Sequence record: PP496444.1
Direction: 5' to 3' (one strand)
Length of the DNA: 64,000 nucleotides
A program made the position numbers and the translations under genes. This document shows, piece after piece, positions 17,357-26,313 of this stretch (positions within the stretch are counted from its first letter, which is position 1; the number at the start of each line of letters is the position of its first letter). A model generated the notes under the pieces. It saw only the letters and a list, made by a program, of their open reading frames with translations, did not search any database and was not told the origin of the DNA.

Positions 17357-17891
17357 CGGTATCCACCTTAGACGCGCGGACTAACTGTTTGGTCCAGTTG
17401 TCCATGGTGAATGTAGCAGGTTTGTCCGCTTCCGACTTGATCACGTCGAGCAGGCCTTTACGTTCCAACCACGTCTCGAAAGCAGTGATGGCAGGGCTCG
17501 CTTCATGGTGGGAGCTGAGAGTGGTAACTTCGTCACGGCTGGTCAGATAGCCGAGAAAGTCAAGGATCGCCATCTGCACCAGTTCGGAATTGAACAGTGC
17601 CTGATCCGGGTGTGGCTGGTAGTTCTTACTGAAAATGGTCTGTCCAGTGGCTACGAAGTGGGCGGTATCGCCTGCCAGTTCTTGTTGTAGGCGGACCAGT
17701 CCGTCCAGTCCTGCATAACCTGGGTGTTCGGCGGCTTGTGCAGCGGAATCAATAGCGGTCTTGACGGCTGCATGTTGATCTGGAGTCAGTTCCTCCACTT
17801 TGGCGTATGCGACGCCCGTGGTGTTCAGCTGCTTGATCTGATCTTCGGTCAGTTGCGCGCCCATGGATGGATAGTCTTTCTTATCAGTCAT
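17343..17891 (-). CDS. hypothetical protein
   Basis: ORF track 17343..17945; start moved to ATG 17891 (MTDKKDY) behind GAGGC. Confidence 0.7.
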   Translation of the reverse strand: MTDKKDYPSMGAQLTEDQIKQLNTTGVAYAKVEELTPDQHAAVKTAIDSAAQAAEHPGYAGLDGLVRLQQELAGDTAHFVATGQTIFSKNYQPHPDQALFNSELVQMAILDFLGYLTSRDEVTTLSSHHEASPAITAFETWLERKGLLDVIKSEADKPATFTMDNWTKQLVRASKVDTDVQS

Positions 17892-17962
17892 GTCAGATGC
17901 CTCATTAGGATAGGAACACCAGATGTCGTACAGTGGTGTGTGCATGGTAATCGGCCTTATGT

Positions 17963-18922
17963 TCAGTCCAAGTTGAATGCTGATCTAGCGTAACCAACCG
18001 GGTCTGCGTACACGCATAGCTGGTAGATGCGGTCCGTGCTGTTCTGCTCCACGATAGCTTCTTCGTAAGACGGAACCGAAACCTCTTCCACCGAAGGGTC
18101 GTCCATTCCCGTGTACAGATTGGTTTGGCCTTCACCCTCTACTGCCTCCACACTCGGGACGTAGTACGCCAGCCCCAGATAGTGGTTGAATTCGTTGCTG
18201 GTCTTCGCATCCTTTACCCAAAACTCAAGGTAGGATGTGAATGTACCCTTGCTGACCTTGTACTTGTTGATCGCCCGCAAGGTGGCCAGCATGTAGTTCT
18301 GGGCCATGTCGCTGATATCCACCTTGACCGAGGACACCGTGACTTCCTTGCGCACCTTGGAGAACAACCAGCGGCTGTACTTCTTGGCGATCAGCTTGCG
18401 CAACTCATTGGCCAGACCGTACCACATGATCACCTGACGGCGTGCAGCCCATAGATCTCGGTGGCCGGTGTAGCGCACGCTGGCTTCAATCTCCGACTTG
18501 CGGCGCACCAGCGTATGGTAGTTCGCCTTGGTGGCGGATGCCAGTTCAAGGCACACACCGTCATACTCAGTCGTCCGGTCAAGGAACGCCTCGATGATGG
18601 CGTGGTACATGGTTCTTTCCAGCTGCATGTCAAAGAACAGCGTCAGCTTTTCCTGTGGATCTTTCACCGACAGGAACCCGGCCATCAGGGATACAACGTC
18701 ACCCCGTGAGAAGGAGGACAGCTTGCGGCGCTTGTTCATCATCTGCCACGACATGGTAGTGGCAACCACCTCGTCGGCAATCAGCGTGGTTTGGAAGATG
18801 ACCAGTAGTGCCCGGCCAATGAGATCATCGAGTAGGCCGAACATCTGTGCACTGGTCAGAGTGAGGTCGTATGGATTGTTAGACTTCATCCAGCCCATTA
18901 CGTCCTGAGGTTGACCGGCCAT
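17963..18922 (-). CDS. phage sigma-70-like transcription factor
   Basis: DISDMAQNYMLATLRAINKYKVSKGTFTSYLEFWVKDA matches sigma region 2 (EDL.QEG..GL..A..KFD..KG..FSTYA.WWI); no clear region 4. Confidence 0.75.
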   Translation of the reverse strand: MAGQPQDVMGWMKSNNPYDLTLTSAQMFGLLDDLIGRALLVIFQTTLIADEVVATTMSWQMMNKRRKLSSFSRGDVVSLMAGFLSVKDPQEKLTLFFDMQLERTMYHAIIEAFLDRTTEYDGVCLELASATKANYHTLVRRKSEIEASVRYTGHRDLWAARRQVIMWYGLANELRKLIAKKYSRWLFSKVRKEVTVSSVKVDISDMAQNYMLATLRAINKYKVSKGTFTSYLEFWVKDAKTSNEFNHYLGLAYYVPSVEAVEGEGQTNLYTGMDDPSVEEVSVPSYEEAIVEQNSTDRIYQLCVYADPVGYARSAFNLD

Positions 18923-18925
18923 GAC

Positions 18926-19615
18926 CTACTCCTTACCTAGAGGCCCGGAAAGTTCGAGCCGGATGGCATCAGTATGCTTTGTGTCTTCGGGGGTCAGTGG
19001 CTTACCGTCTACGGCGTCATCATATCGACGAACTGCCAAGGTCATACGGGTGCCCGTTTCCCCGCTCTCATACCAGAAATCTTCTGAGTCAACCCACTGA
19101 TACACGTACTTGCCTTCGGAAATACCGAAGTCCTCGATGTTCTCCTTGATTCGTTCCAAGGTGATACGAGTGTGCATTGCCTTGTGGTTGTTCAGCCACA
19201 GAGTGCGTGCTTCGTAATCCACATAGGCCGTCATCTCGGGGATGTTATGCCGATGGTGTAGGTCAACTTTCCACCCGATGGCAGTAAGCACCTCTTCCAT
19301 CTGCCAGATCAAGTCAGTGTTTTCACCAGCACTGCCGGGGTGGGACTTCATCTCCGTTTCAAATTCCTTGGAGATGCGCTTACGGCGATCGGCCTTGCTT
19401 TCAAACTCAACAACGTTGGTCTTAACAAGTCTAGCGCTGATGCAGCTGAGAGTGTATGAGCAGTTAGGATCACCACCTTCTCGGAGACACAGGCCATGAG
19501 CTGCTTGCTTCCGGGCTGAGAGTTCATCATCAGCTTCAACAACACCCAGATCGCGTTTGTCAGGGTGGTCCATGCCTTGAACCATGTGATAGAACTTTAC
19601 CTTGTACTGCGGCAT
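18926..19615 (-). CDS. hypothetical protein
   Basis: ORF track 18926..19669; ATG 19615 follows the SWIM gene stop. Confidence 0.7.
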   Translation of the reverse strand: MPQYKVKFYHMVQGMDHPDKRDLGVVEADDELSARKQAAHGLCLREGGDPNCSYTLSCISARLVKTNVVEFESKADRRKRISKEFETEMKSHPGSAGENTDLIWQMEEVLTAIGWKVDLHHRHNIPEMTAYVDYEARTLWLNNHKAMHTRITLERIKENIEDFGISEGKYVYQWVDSEDFWYESGETGTRMTLAVRRYDDAVDGKPLTPEDTKHTDAIRLELSGPLGKE

Positions 19616-19617
19616 GA

Positions 19618-20070
19618 TCAGTATCCTTTGGCCTTGATAGCCATAAGCAGTCGCAAGACGTGCTTGCATACCAGTGGGACCATTGAGGCGTTCTTGACGA
19701 TGGGCTTCTCACCGTTGGAGTACACGATGTCGGCGGCACCCACACGGAACAAGGCTACTTCCCACGTGAAGCAATGGTCTTCGCAGTCGCACTCCACCTT
19801 GATACCCGCAGCCCGTGACATCTTGGTAGCCCGATCCAGTGCAGTGATCTTCACCCGGCGCTTCTGAGGATTGGTGTTGATCCGGGTGCGGCGGCTCTTG
19901 GCCGTACACTCCACGACGTAGTTACCTTCCTTGTCCACGGTGCGCTTCGGGGAATACAGGCGAACGTCACGGCTGCGCTCATACGTGTAAGGCATGTAGC
20001 GCACGGTTTCGTTGATCAGCTTCTTGAGGGGCAATCCCTTCTTACTTTTTTGCTTTACTACGCTCGCCAT
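19618..20070 (-). CDS. SWIM-type zinc-finger protein
   Basis: VECDCEDHCF...LVCKHV (CxC..CxH); start moved to ATG 20070 (MASVVKQK). Confidence 0.7.
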   Translation of the reverse strand: MASVVKQKSKKGLPLKKLINETVRYMPYTYERSRDVRLYSPKRTVDKEGNYVVECTAKSRRTRINTNPQKRRVKITALDRATKMSRAAGIKVECDCEDHCFTWEVALFRVGAADIVYSNGEKPIVKNASMVPLVCKHVLRLLMAIKAKGY

Positions 20071-21643
20071 CGCTCTGCTTCCTTCTCTTGGCAACCCGGT
20101 CCCGTGCTTCCTTGGAAGCCTTCGAGCCACGTTTGGTTGAAGTACTGGATGCCTTAGTGTGACCCTTCGGTGCACCGGTCTTGGACTTCACGCCGTGCTT
20201 GACCTTGGCTACCGTGTCGGACTCGTAGCGCTCCAGAATGCTGGTGATACGATCGCGTGCATCTTCCTCGGTGATTTCCGGGACAGGATTGCCTGCCTCA
20301 TCCAGCACTTGCGCTTCCGGGACCGAGGCGAACAGGGAGGATGCCTTGCCCGGCCCGGACGTTGGTAGTGTGTTCAGGAAGAAGGAGTACTTGTTCCGGG
20401 TGGCATCGTAACCTACATCCACCACGCTGTCGATCAGATCGTACAGCTTCATCGACTCACCCTTGCCGCCGCGTGTCTTCAAGTGACCGTTGACCACCTC
20501 ACGCACTTCCTTGTCGGTAGAGTTCATGATGATCTCGGTCATCGATGTCACAATCCGGTTGTAGGTGTACATGTTGTGGTAGGCCAGCAGGAAGGTGGCC
20601 ACGTTGCCGCCGATCACGCTGAGAACGTCGGTGTACTTGATCGCGGTACACACCGGGCAGTTGCACGGCAGATGGTTGAACGGGCTCGGGTAGTTCACCT
20701 TGTCGAACATCTTGAAGAAGCCCGGCGGGGTGCTGATGTGCTCTTGGAAGTAGTAGCCCTTGGATACCGATTCCTGCAACCACGTCGAGGCGTCACTGGT
20801 GATCAGCGGTGCCAAACCTTTCTTCGCCATGTAGATCAGCGGATACACCAGCGAGAGCTTGGCAACGCCGAGCATGTGATACTGCTCGTATTTGCGCCCG
20901 GTCACCATCTGCTGGATGATCTTGGCGATGGCCGTCATCTGGGTATCGTAATACGTACCACCCATGGCCAGACGAGTGATGTCGTCGCGCTCTACCAGTT
21001 CCCGATAGCGGCTCACTTCTTCCTGCGTGTTACCGTGGAAGATGTTCATCAGCTCCAGACTGGGGCGCTTGTTCTGCATCATCAGTTCGGTGTTCGCCGC
21101 CTGCACTCGGCCCAAGCGCTGATACAGCTCTGGGTCGTTGAAGTGCATCGGGATATCCAGCACGATACCGATGTCTGCGTTGTTGTTGTACCACTGGATG
21201 ATCTCCATCGGGTCTAGGTAGTCGAGACGACCCATACCGAGTTGGAAACCCCCGGAGTCCGCGACGATGTGCCGGGACTTTTCTGCGAAGGTGGTCACGT
21301 CACCCTTGCGAGTGTTGTGAGAGATGCTGTCTTTGTTGATGTGCTGAGTGTAGTTGACCATGTACTGGCTGACGCCCATGTCTCCGGCGGTCAGATCGTC
21401 AAACGCACTCATGTGGTACATCTCGTCGAACGAACCATCAGCCCAGCGGGTAGAGACCGCATGGTGAGTGTTGGACACGATGAACAGATCACGGTCGGGA
21501 CACTTGAGGAAGATGTGGTTGCCGCCGATTTCCACTAAGTCGATCTTGTTGGGGTTCTTGGCGTAACGGACGTATACCGAAATGCCTCCATGCGCGGGAT
21601 AGAACACTCCAGCAGGCACCAGTTTGAATTGACCAGGCGTCAC
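20042..21643 (-). CDS. tRNA-guanine transglycosylase superfamily protein (TGT/DpdA-like)
   Basis: DSGGFQ, LDIP, AMGG, HMLG, SDASTW and zinc site PCNCPVC..HN; GTG start with SD AGGAG. Confidence 0.85.
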   Translation of the reverse strand: MTPGQFKLVPAGVFYPAHGGISVYVRYAKNPNKIDLVEIGGNHIFLKCPDRDLFIVSNTHHAVSTRWADGSFDEMYHMSAFDDLTAGDMGVSQYMVNYTQHINKDSISHNTRKGDVTTFAEKSRHIVADSGGFQLGMGRLDYLDPMEIIQWYNNNADIGIVLDIPMHFNDPELYQRLGRVQAANTELMMQNKRPSLELMNIFHGNTQEEVSRYRELVERDDITRLAMGGTYYDTQMTAIAKIIQQMVTGRKYEQYHMLGVAKLSLVYPLIYMAKKGLAPLITSDASTWLQESVSKGYYFQEHISTPPGFFKMFDKVNYPSPFNHLPCNCPVCTAIKYTDVLSVIGGNVATFLLAYHNMYTYNRIVTSMTEIIMNSTDKEVREVVNGHLKTRGGKGESMKLYDLIDSVVDVGYDATRNKYSFFLNTLPTSGPGKASSLFASVPEAQVLDEAGNPVPEITEEDARDRITSILERYESDTVAKVKHGVKSKTGAPKGHTKASSTSTKRGSKASKEARDRVAKRRKQSDGERSKAKK

Positions 21644-21667
21644 TGCGCGTACTCCTATGTAAGGGTT

Positions 21668-21702
21668 AAAAACCCGCGTCCCAGTTTCCCAGAACGCGGG
21701 TT
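21668..21702 (-). terminator. intrinsic terminator
   Basis: AACCCGCGT / ACGCGGGTT hairpin plus TTTTT on the - strand. Confidence 0.75.
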
Positions 21703-21736
21703 GGTTACACGCTATTTACAGGCGTGCTGGCCCTAC

Positions 21737-22306
21737 TTACTTCGAGTCTTCCTTGTTTTGCTTCTTCGCTTCCTTTTCCGCAGCGTCGGAATCAGCCTTG
21801 GTGAAGATCGCTTGGATCAGGTGAGCGGCCGCACGTGGGTTGTGGCTGTTGCGTTCCAGAATCGTGCGGATCTCTTGCAGGCTGGCACCGGCGCCCGACT
21901 TGCCGGACGTGGACTTCGCGCCTTCGTCGTGAGCATTGATCTGGACGGCGTGCAGTTCGTCCTTGGTCAGCAGGGTCAGGCCGTTGGCTTCAACGTAGCG
22001 GTCTACGACCAGCTTCGTATCGGACTCGGACAGGTTCTCCGGGTTGAACGACTTGATCTGTTCGTTGCCGACTTGACCTTCCACGTCGGAACCGATCACG
22101 TTGTCAGCCTTGGCCAGGTCTTCCGGGGTGGCTTTGTCCTTCGCAGCCGCTTGACCTGCGCCGCCGGTATCGACCGCGCTCAGATCAGACGAAGTGGAGG
22201 GCGTAGGCTTGGCCGGGGTTTCAGGCTTGGCCGCTTCCTTGACTTCCGGGGTCGCTTTGGTTTTGGTCTTGTCTTCGGCAGCAGGTTTCGAGGATTTAGC
22301 AGTCAT
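21737..22306 (-). CDS. hypothetical protein, Ala/Lys/Pro-rich N-terminus
   Basis: ORF track 21737..22339; ATG 22306 behind AGGAGA. Confidence 0.8.
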   Translation of the reverse strand: MTAKSSKPAAEDKTKTKATPEVKEAAKPETPAKPTPSTSSDLSAVDTGGAGQAAAKDKATPEDLAKADNVIGSDVEGQVGNEQIKSFNPENLSESDTKLVVDRYVEANGLTLLTKDELHAVQINAHDEGAKSTSGKSGAGASLQEIRTILERNSHNPRAAAHLIQAIFTKADSDAAEKEAKKQNKEDSK

Positions 22307-22386
22307 GGTGAATCTCCTGTCATTGGAATTACCACCCAAGAGGCCTCTCGGTGTGGCTCGTTGCAGTGCAGCACTTACGGTAGGTG

Positions 22387-23484
22387 TTACTCGGGGTTCC
22401 GGTCGAAGCCCTTGCCGCGCATGGCGGTGAAGCTCTTCTCGACCAGACGATGAATCGATTTCGGCAGCTTCTCACCCATGGCGTACCAGCGCACGGCTTC
22501 GCAGAAGAATTCCGATGGGTTCTTCTGACTGTACTCACCGATAGGTGATTCCATGATGTTGACCGGCAGGTCAGTGGTCGGCCACACGGCGTCGGGAACC
22601 AGATTACCGGACAGGAGGATGTTCAGCTTTTCCTCATCCAGATAGTGGTTCTCACCGACGTACGTGATGATCGCCGCCAGCGCTGCTTCGTCTTTCTCGT
22701 TCATGCTGGCATAGGCCAGTTCGGTGTTGCCCTTCTTGACCAGCGTACGCACGATCCGATCCAGCTGCTTCTTGGATGCTGTATCTTCGATCACGTGCTT
22801 GTGGTACTCGCTGATCCAGAGTGCCTGAATGGAATCGGGCATCAGTCGGCTCATCAGGCCGTGGGCGAATTCGTGGGCCACCAGATGCTGCACGTAGTTG
22901 ACGTTCTGGGCTTCCTTCGGTCGCAGACGCACACGGTCCATTGGCTCTTTCGCCATGTTCACCGTGGTGTAGTCACCGTCGTACTTACCTTTCGGCTCAT
23001 GCAGCTCGATGCGCAGCGGGAAGATGGCATCCAATCCCCAGCCCTTGTACTGCTCGTACACCTTGTCCAGCCCGGTCATCAAGCCTTTGAAGCTGGCTTC
23101 CTCCAGATCGGGGATGTAGCTGAACACCGGACCGTAAGGCTTGTCGTCGAAGCTGTCGTGGCGCAGCAGAATGGTGCAACCGTAGACGCTGCCCGGCTCG
23201 GGGCGTGGGCCAAGGTTGAGGATGACTTGGGCGTGCGGTACGCGAGTGAGCATCTCGTCGTCCAGCTCGTAGTCTTCCGACTTGTTCAGCGCATTCAGAT
23301 CAGCGCCGGTGACTTCGGAACCTTTGAGGCTGTACACACGCAAGGCCAGCTTGCGGTACTTGGGCTCGCCGCCTTCGTCATCGTTCTTGGACGACTTGCT
23401 GATCTTGACGATCACGATATCCCCAGCGTTAACCGGGACCAACGGCACCTCGGGTGCTGCCTTGTTACGGTCTTTCTTTTTCAT
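22387..23484 (-). CDS. putative zincin metallopeptidase
   Basis: VAHEFAHG (HExxH) plus downstream EYSQKNPSEFFCEA (Y..N..E.F.E). Confidence 0.7.
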   Translation of the reverse strand: MKKKDRNKAAPEVPLVPVNAGDIVIVKISKSSKNDDEGGEPKYRKLALRVYSLKGSEVTGADLNALNKSEDYELDDEMLTRVPHAQVILNLGPRPEPGSVYGCTILLRHDSFDDKPYGPVFSYIPDLEEASFKGLMTGLDKVYEQYKGWGLDAIFPLRIELHEPKGKYDGDYTTVNMAKEPMDRVRLRPKEAQNVNYVQHLVAHEFAHGLMSRLMPDSIQALWISEYHKHVIEDTASKKQLDRIVRTLVKKGNTELAYASMNEKDEAALAAIITYVGENHYLDEEKLNILLSGNLVPDAVWPTTDLPVNIMESPIGEYSQKNPSEFFCEAVRWYAMGEKLPKSIHRLVEKSFTAMRGKGFDRNPE

Positions 23485-23503
23485 CGGTAGGGTCTCTTGC
23501 GGA

Positions 23504-23791
23504 TTAAAGGCGGGCAGCGAGTAGTTCGCAGAACTGCTGCACGGTTAGATACTGGGCCTCGGACTGCTTGACCAGTTCGCTGACCAACTTATCTGGCACA
23601 TCACAATCAATGCCTTCGTAGTCCTCCAGTGACATGGCAAACTCTACCCAGTCCAGCGAGTCAAGGCCCATATCGATAACCAGTGTGTCTGGCTGGGCCA
23701 TGTAAGGAGCGGTATTAACGTTCAACCTCGGTGTGGGTAGTGCATGCAGGCATTGGATGACCGCAGATGTGACAACATTGACGTGAAGCAT
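23504..23791 (-). CDS. acpP: acyl carrier protein
   Basis: DMGLDSLDWVEFAMSLED (phosphopantetheine Ser in GLDSL) and C-terminal TVQQF..LL. Confidence 0.8.
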   Translation of the reverse strand: MLHVNVVTSAVIQCLHALPTPRLNVNTAPYMAQPDTLVIDMGLDSLDWVEFAMSLEDYEGIDCDVPDKLVSELVKQSEAQYLTVQQFCELLAARL

Positions 23792-23816
23792 ACATCTTAC
23801 CTATACAAATACTGAC

Positions 23817-23845
23817 AAAACCCGCCAGACGGTAGCCTAGCGGGT
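23817..23845 (-). terminator. probable intrinsic terminator
   Basis: ACCCGC / GCGGGT hairpin followed by TTTGT on the - strand. Confidence 0.55.
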
Positions 23846-23853
23846 GCTGGGGT

Positions 23854-24474
23854 TTAGTTTACCGCGGTCTCAACCTCGGGTGCTTCCGGGATCGCATTAT
23901 CCCGGATACGCGCGGCCCAAGGCTTGTCAGCGAAAGTGCCTCGCTTGAGTTGAAGATGCGGCAGGATCGGATCAGGGATAGCCTGATTGGGTAGCAGCGT
24001 CGTCTCGATGCGCTTCCCGTTACGCTTGCGGGCGCCCAGCTGGAAGATGTAAGTCGGAACCCGACTCCCGGCCACCAGCTTGGGAAACCTGCTTGACAGC
24101 GTGAGCTGATGTTCTACGTCTTTCGCTTGATGCAGGAACACTACACCGACCAGATTGGGATTCGCCAAGATGACGATATCCCGCTTGACCCCGGCCAGCT
24201 TGTTGTACTCTTTGCCGTCAGTCCGGTGGCCCAGGTAACAGGGCTCGGAAAGATCACCCCACGGCATCTCCACGCTGACCGGATCGTTCCCCAACTCATC
24301 CAGACAGTATGAAGCGGCATGGGTTTCCGCACCTCGGCAGCGACTGTTGATAATCGCCACCTCCTTCGGGTTGAGTCCCATGTGCTGGATCACAGAATTC
24401 AAGCATGCGACCATCAATGGGTAGGTGGTGAAACCGTAATCCCCAATCACGGCAATCAGCTTCTTATCGGACAT
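23854..24474 (-). CDS. SLOG-superfamily (YspA/DUF2493-like) protein
   Basis: LIAVIGDYGFTTY, IINSRCRGAETHAASY, YNKLAGVKRDI resemble GSR.F.DY / GGA.GAD / AG..RN; ATG 24474 behind AGGAG. Confidence 0.6.
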   Translation of the reverse strand: MSDKKLIAVIGDYGFTTYPLMVACLNSVIQHMGLNPKEVAIINSRCRGAETHAASYCLDELGNDPVSVEMPWGDLSEPCYLGHRTDGKEYNKLAGVKRDIVILANPNLVGVVFLHQAKDVEHQLTLSSRFPKLVAGSRVPTYIFQLGARKRNGKRIETTLLPNQAIPDPILPHLQLKRGTFADKPWAARIRDNAIPEAPEVETAVN

Positions 24475-24521
24475 GGTAGTGCTCCTACAGGTAGACTTAT
24501 GGGTAGTGTTGACCCATTGAA

Positions 24522-25139
24522 TTAGTAGGTATAACGGGGAGCTGCCGGGGCCTCGGAAATGACCAGTTGGTGGGTAGGGAAGAGCGAACCGATCACGATG
24601 CGGAAGTACTGACCTTCGGCGCACTCCGGGACGTTGAACGATACGAAGAACTTGCCGTCGGCGTCATTGCCGCTTTCCAGTCCCATTTCTTCCCAGCGCA
24701 GGATCTTCTGAGCTTCCAGATACTTGGTGTCAGCGATCTCGACGATGGTGACCTCTTTCAGCAGGGTCATCAGGCTGGCGCTGCCCTTCAATGCCTTGAG
24801 CGACAAGCGATAGTACTCATAGCACAGGTCGTTGACCACCTTGAGGAACGTTACGTCACTCACCTTGGGCAGCTTGGTGAAGTCCACCGTGTGGGAATAG
24901 CCCTGCGAACCCAGCTTGCCGCTGATGTTGCGGGTCATTGCAGGTGCACGGGGTGACGAATCTTGGTTGTATTGGGCCAGCGCCTCACGAACGTTGTCCT
25001 GCGCTTCACGTGCTGCCTGCTGCGCTTCGGTCAATGGCCGGTGATGCTGGCCGCGACGAGAACTGGCGTGCTGGAAGGCATCTGCGTTGGAAGCGTTGTG
25101 TTCGGTGCGATAGGCCGGGGTAGGTGCTGGGATAGTCAT
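24522..25139 (-). CDS. hypothetical protein
   Basis: ORF track 24522..25181; ATG 25139 follows the Cas4-like gene. Confidence 0.7.
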   Translation of the reverse strand: MTIPAPTPAYRTEHNASNADAFQHASSRRGQHHRPLTEAQQAAREAQDNVREALAQYNQDSSPRAPAMTRNISGKLGSQGYSHTVDFTKLPKVSDVTFLKVVNDLCYEYYRLSLKALKGSASLMTLLKEVTIVEIADTKYLEAQKILRWEEMGLESGNDADGKFFVSFNVPECAEGQYFRIVIGSLFPTHQLVISEAPAAPRYTY

Positions 25140-25149
25140 GGTGGTATTC

Positions 25150-26250
25150 CTAGAGGTTGCGGACATTAATGAGATTGCCACTGGATGCGGCGACTAACAT
25201 GGTCTTGGTCAGGCCGCGCTTGCTAAAGCACAAATCGTCTTCGGCCAGCGGGCATGTGAAATAATCATTCTTCATGATCTCGTCGTGATCCGCCTTGCAA
25301 TGGCAGGGACGCAACTTTTCGATCTTGTCGAATGTGGTCAACAATGCTGATTTACTGCGAACTTTCAACAAGTCCCTCCAGAGCTCCCATCCCAGCTCAT
25401 ATTCTGCCATGAGTTTACGCAGCTGGCGCTTCTCTTTATCTGGCAGGATATCGCCCACAATAACGCGGCGGTGGAAGTTGTCTCGGGTGATGTAGATCAG
25501 CATCCATCCTTCAATGGTGATGTTGTGCATCATCTCAAGCAGCACGATGTACGACTTGATCTGCGGCACGTTGGCTTTGGCCGGGAACACGCCACCTTCT
25601 TTCTGATGCTTCATAACCTTGTAGCTGGACGTGGTCTTGTAGTCGATCACGTAGTACTTGCCGTCGAGCCAGAGCAGCCCGTCGGTGTGGCCGGTGATGT
25701 TCTTGCCGTACGTAACGGCCAGCTCTTCATAGCGGAAGAACTTGTGTCCACACTTGACGCACTTGCCGGGATGGGGCGAGAATTCGTGGTTGTGTTTACA
25801 CTTCTTGCAGTAGTAGTCACCAACGATGGCCCGCTTGAGGCCTTTCATAAAGCGCTGGCGACTCAGCTTCTTCTTCGTGGCTTGGTCAAGGATCTTGGCG
25901 TTGCGGCGTGCCGAATCTCCCATGGCGAATGGGGTCAGGCTGACGGCGTGCTGGAACGTCTCGTGCACCGCCGTACCAATGGACGTATAAAAGCCGCCGC
26001 CGACTACCTCTTCCTCGCGTTCCATGACCAGACCGCTTTCCAGCGTGGCAATGGCGTGATAGATCGGGCAGAACGGAAAGGAGCTGGGGTGCAGGTCCAT
26101 CACCCGTGTTTCAGACATATGGCGAACGTCCGTGACTTTGCACGCCTCCGCCATGATGCGTTCCATCTCCTTGAGCGCGTCAGCCATCGGTCCTGATGCA
26201 ACCTGATGCTTACTCACTAACCCGATGTTTGCTTTTCCGAAACCTTTCAT
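25150..26250 (-). CDS. Cas4-like PD-(D/E)XK exonuclease with inserted zinc ribbon
   Basis: HPSSFPFCP, GTAVHE, TGHTDG, IDYKT, QIKSY; C-terminal PCHC..CPL; internal CKKC..CVKC. Confidence 0.85.
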   Translation of the reverse strand: MKGFGKANIGLVSKHQVASGPMADALKEMERIMAEACKVTDVRHMSETRVMDLHPSSFPFCPIYHAIATLESGLVMEREEEVVGGGFYTSIGTAVHETFQHAVSLTPFAMGDSARRNAKILDQATKKKLSRQRFMKGLKRAIVGDYYCKKCKHNHEFSPHPGKCVKCGHKFFRYEELAVTYGKNITGHTDGLLWLDGKYYVIDYKTTSSYKVMKHQKEGGVFPAKANVPQIKSYIVLLEMMHNITIEGWMLIYITRDNFHRRVIVGDILPDKEKRQLRKLMAEYELGWELWRDLLKVRSKSALLTTFDKIEKLRPCHCKADHDEIMKNDYFTCPLAEDDLCFSKRGLTKTMLVAASSGNLINVRNL

Positions 26251-26313
26251 GGGGTACTCTTTTAGGTCGGGTAAATGTTCGATAATTATGGGCTATTTAC
26301 CGAGGTAATGGCA

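Noticed and set aside
25150-26250. CRISPR-Cas locus suggested by the Cas4-like gene
   Set aside because: No repeat-spacer array and no cas1/cas2 or effector genes seen in the window
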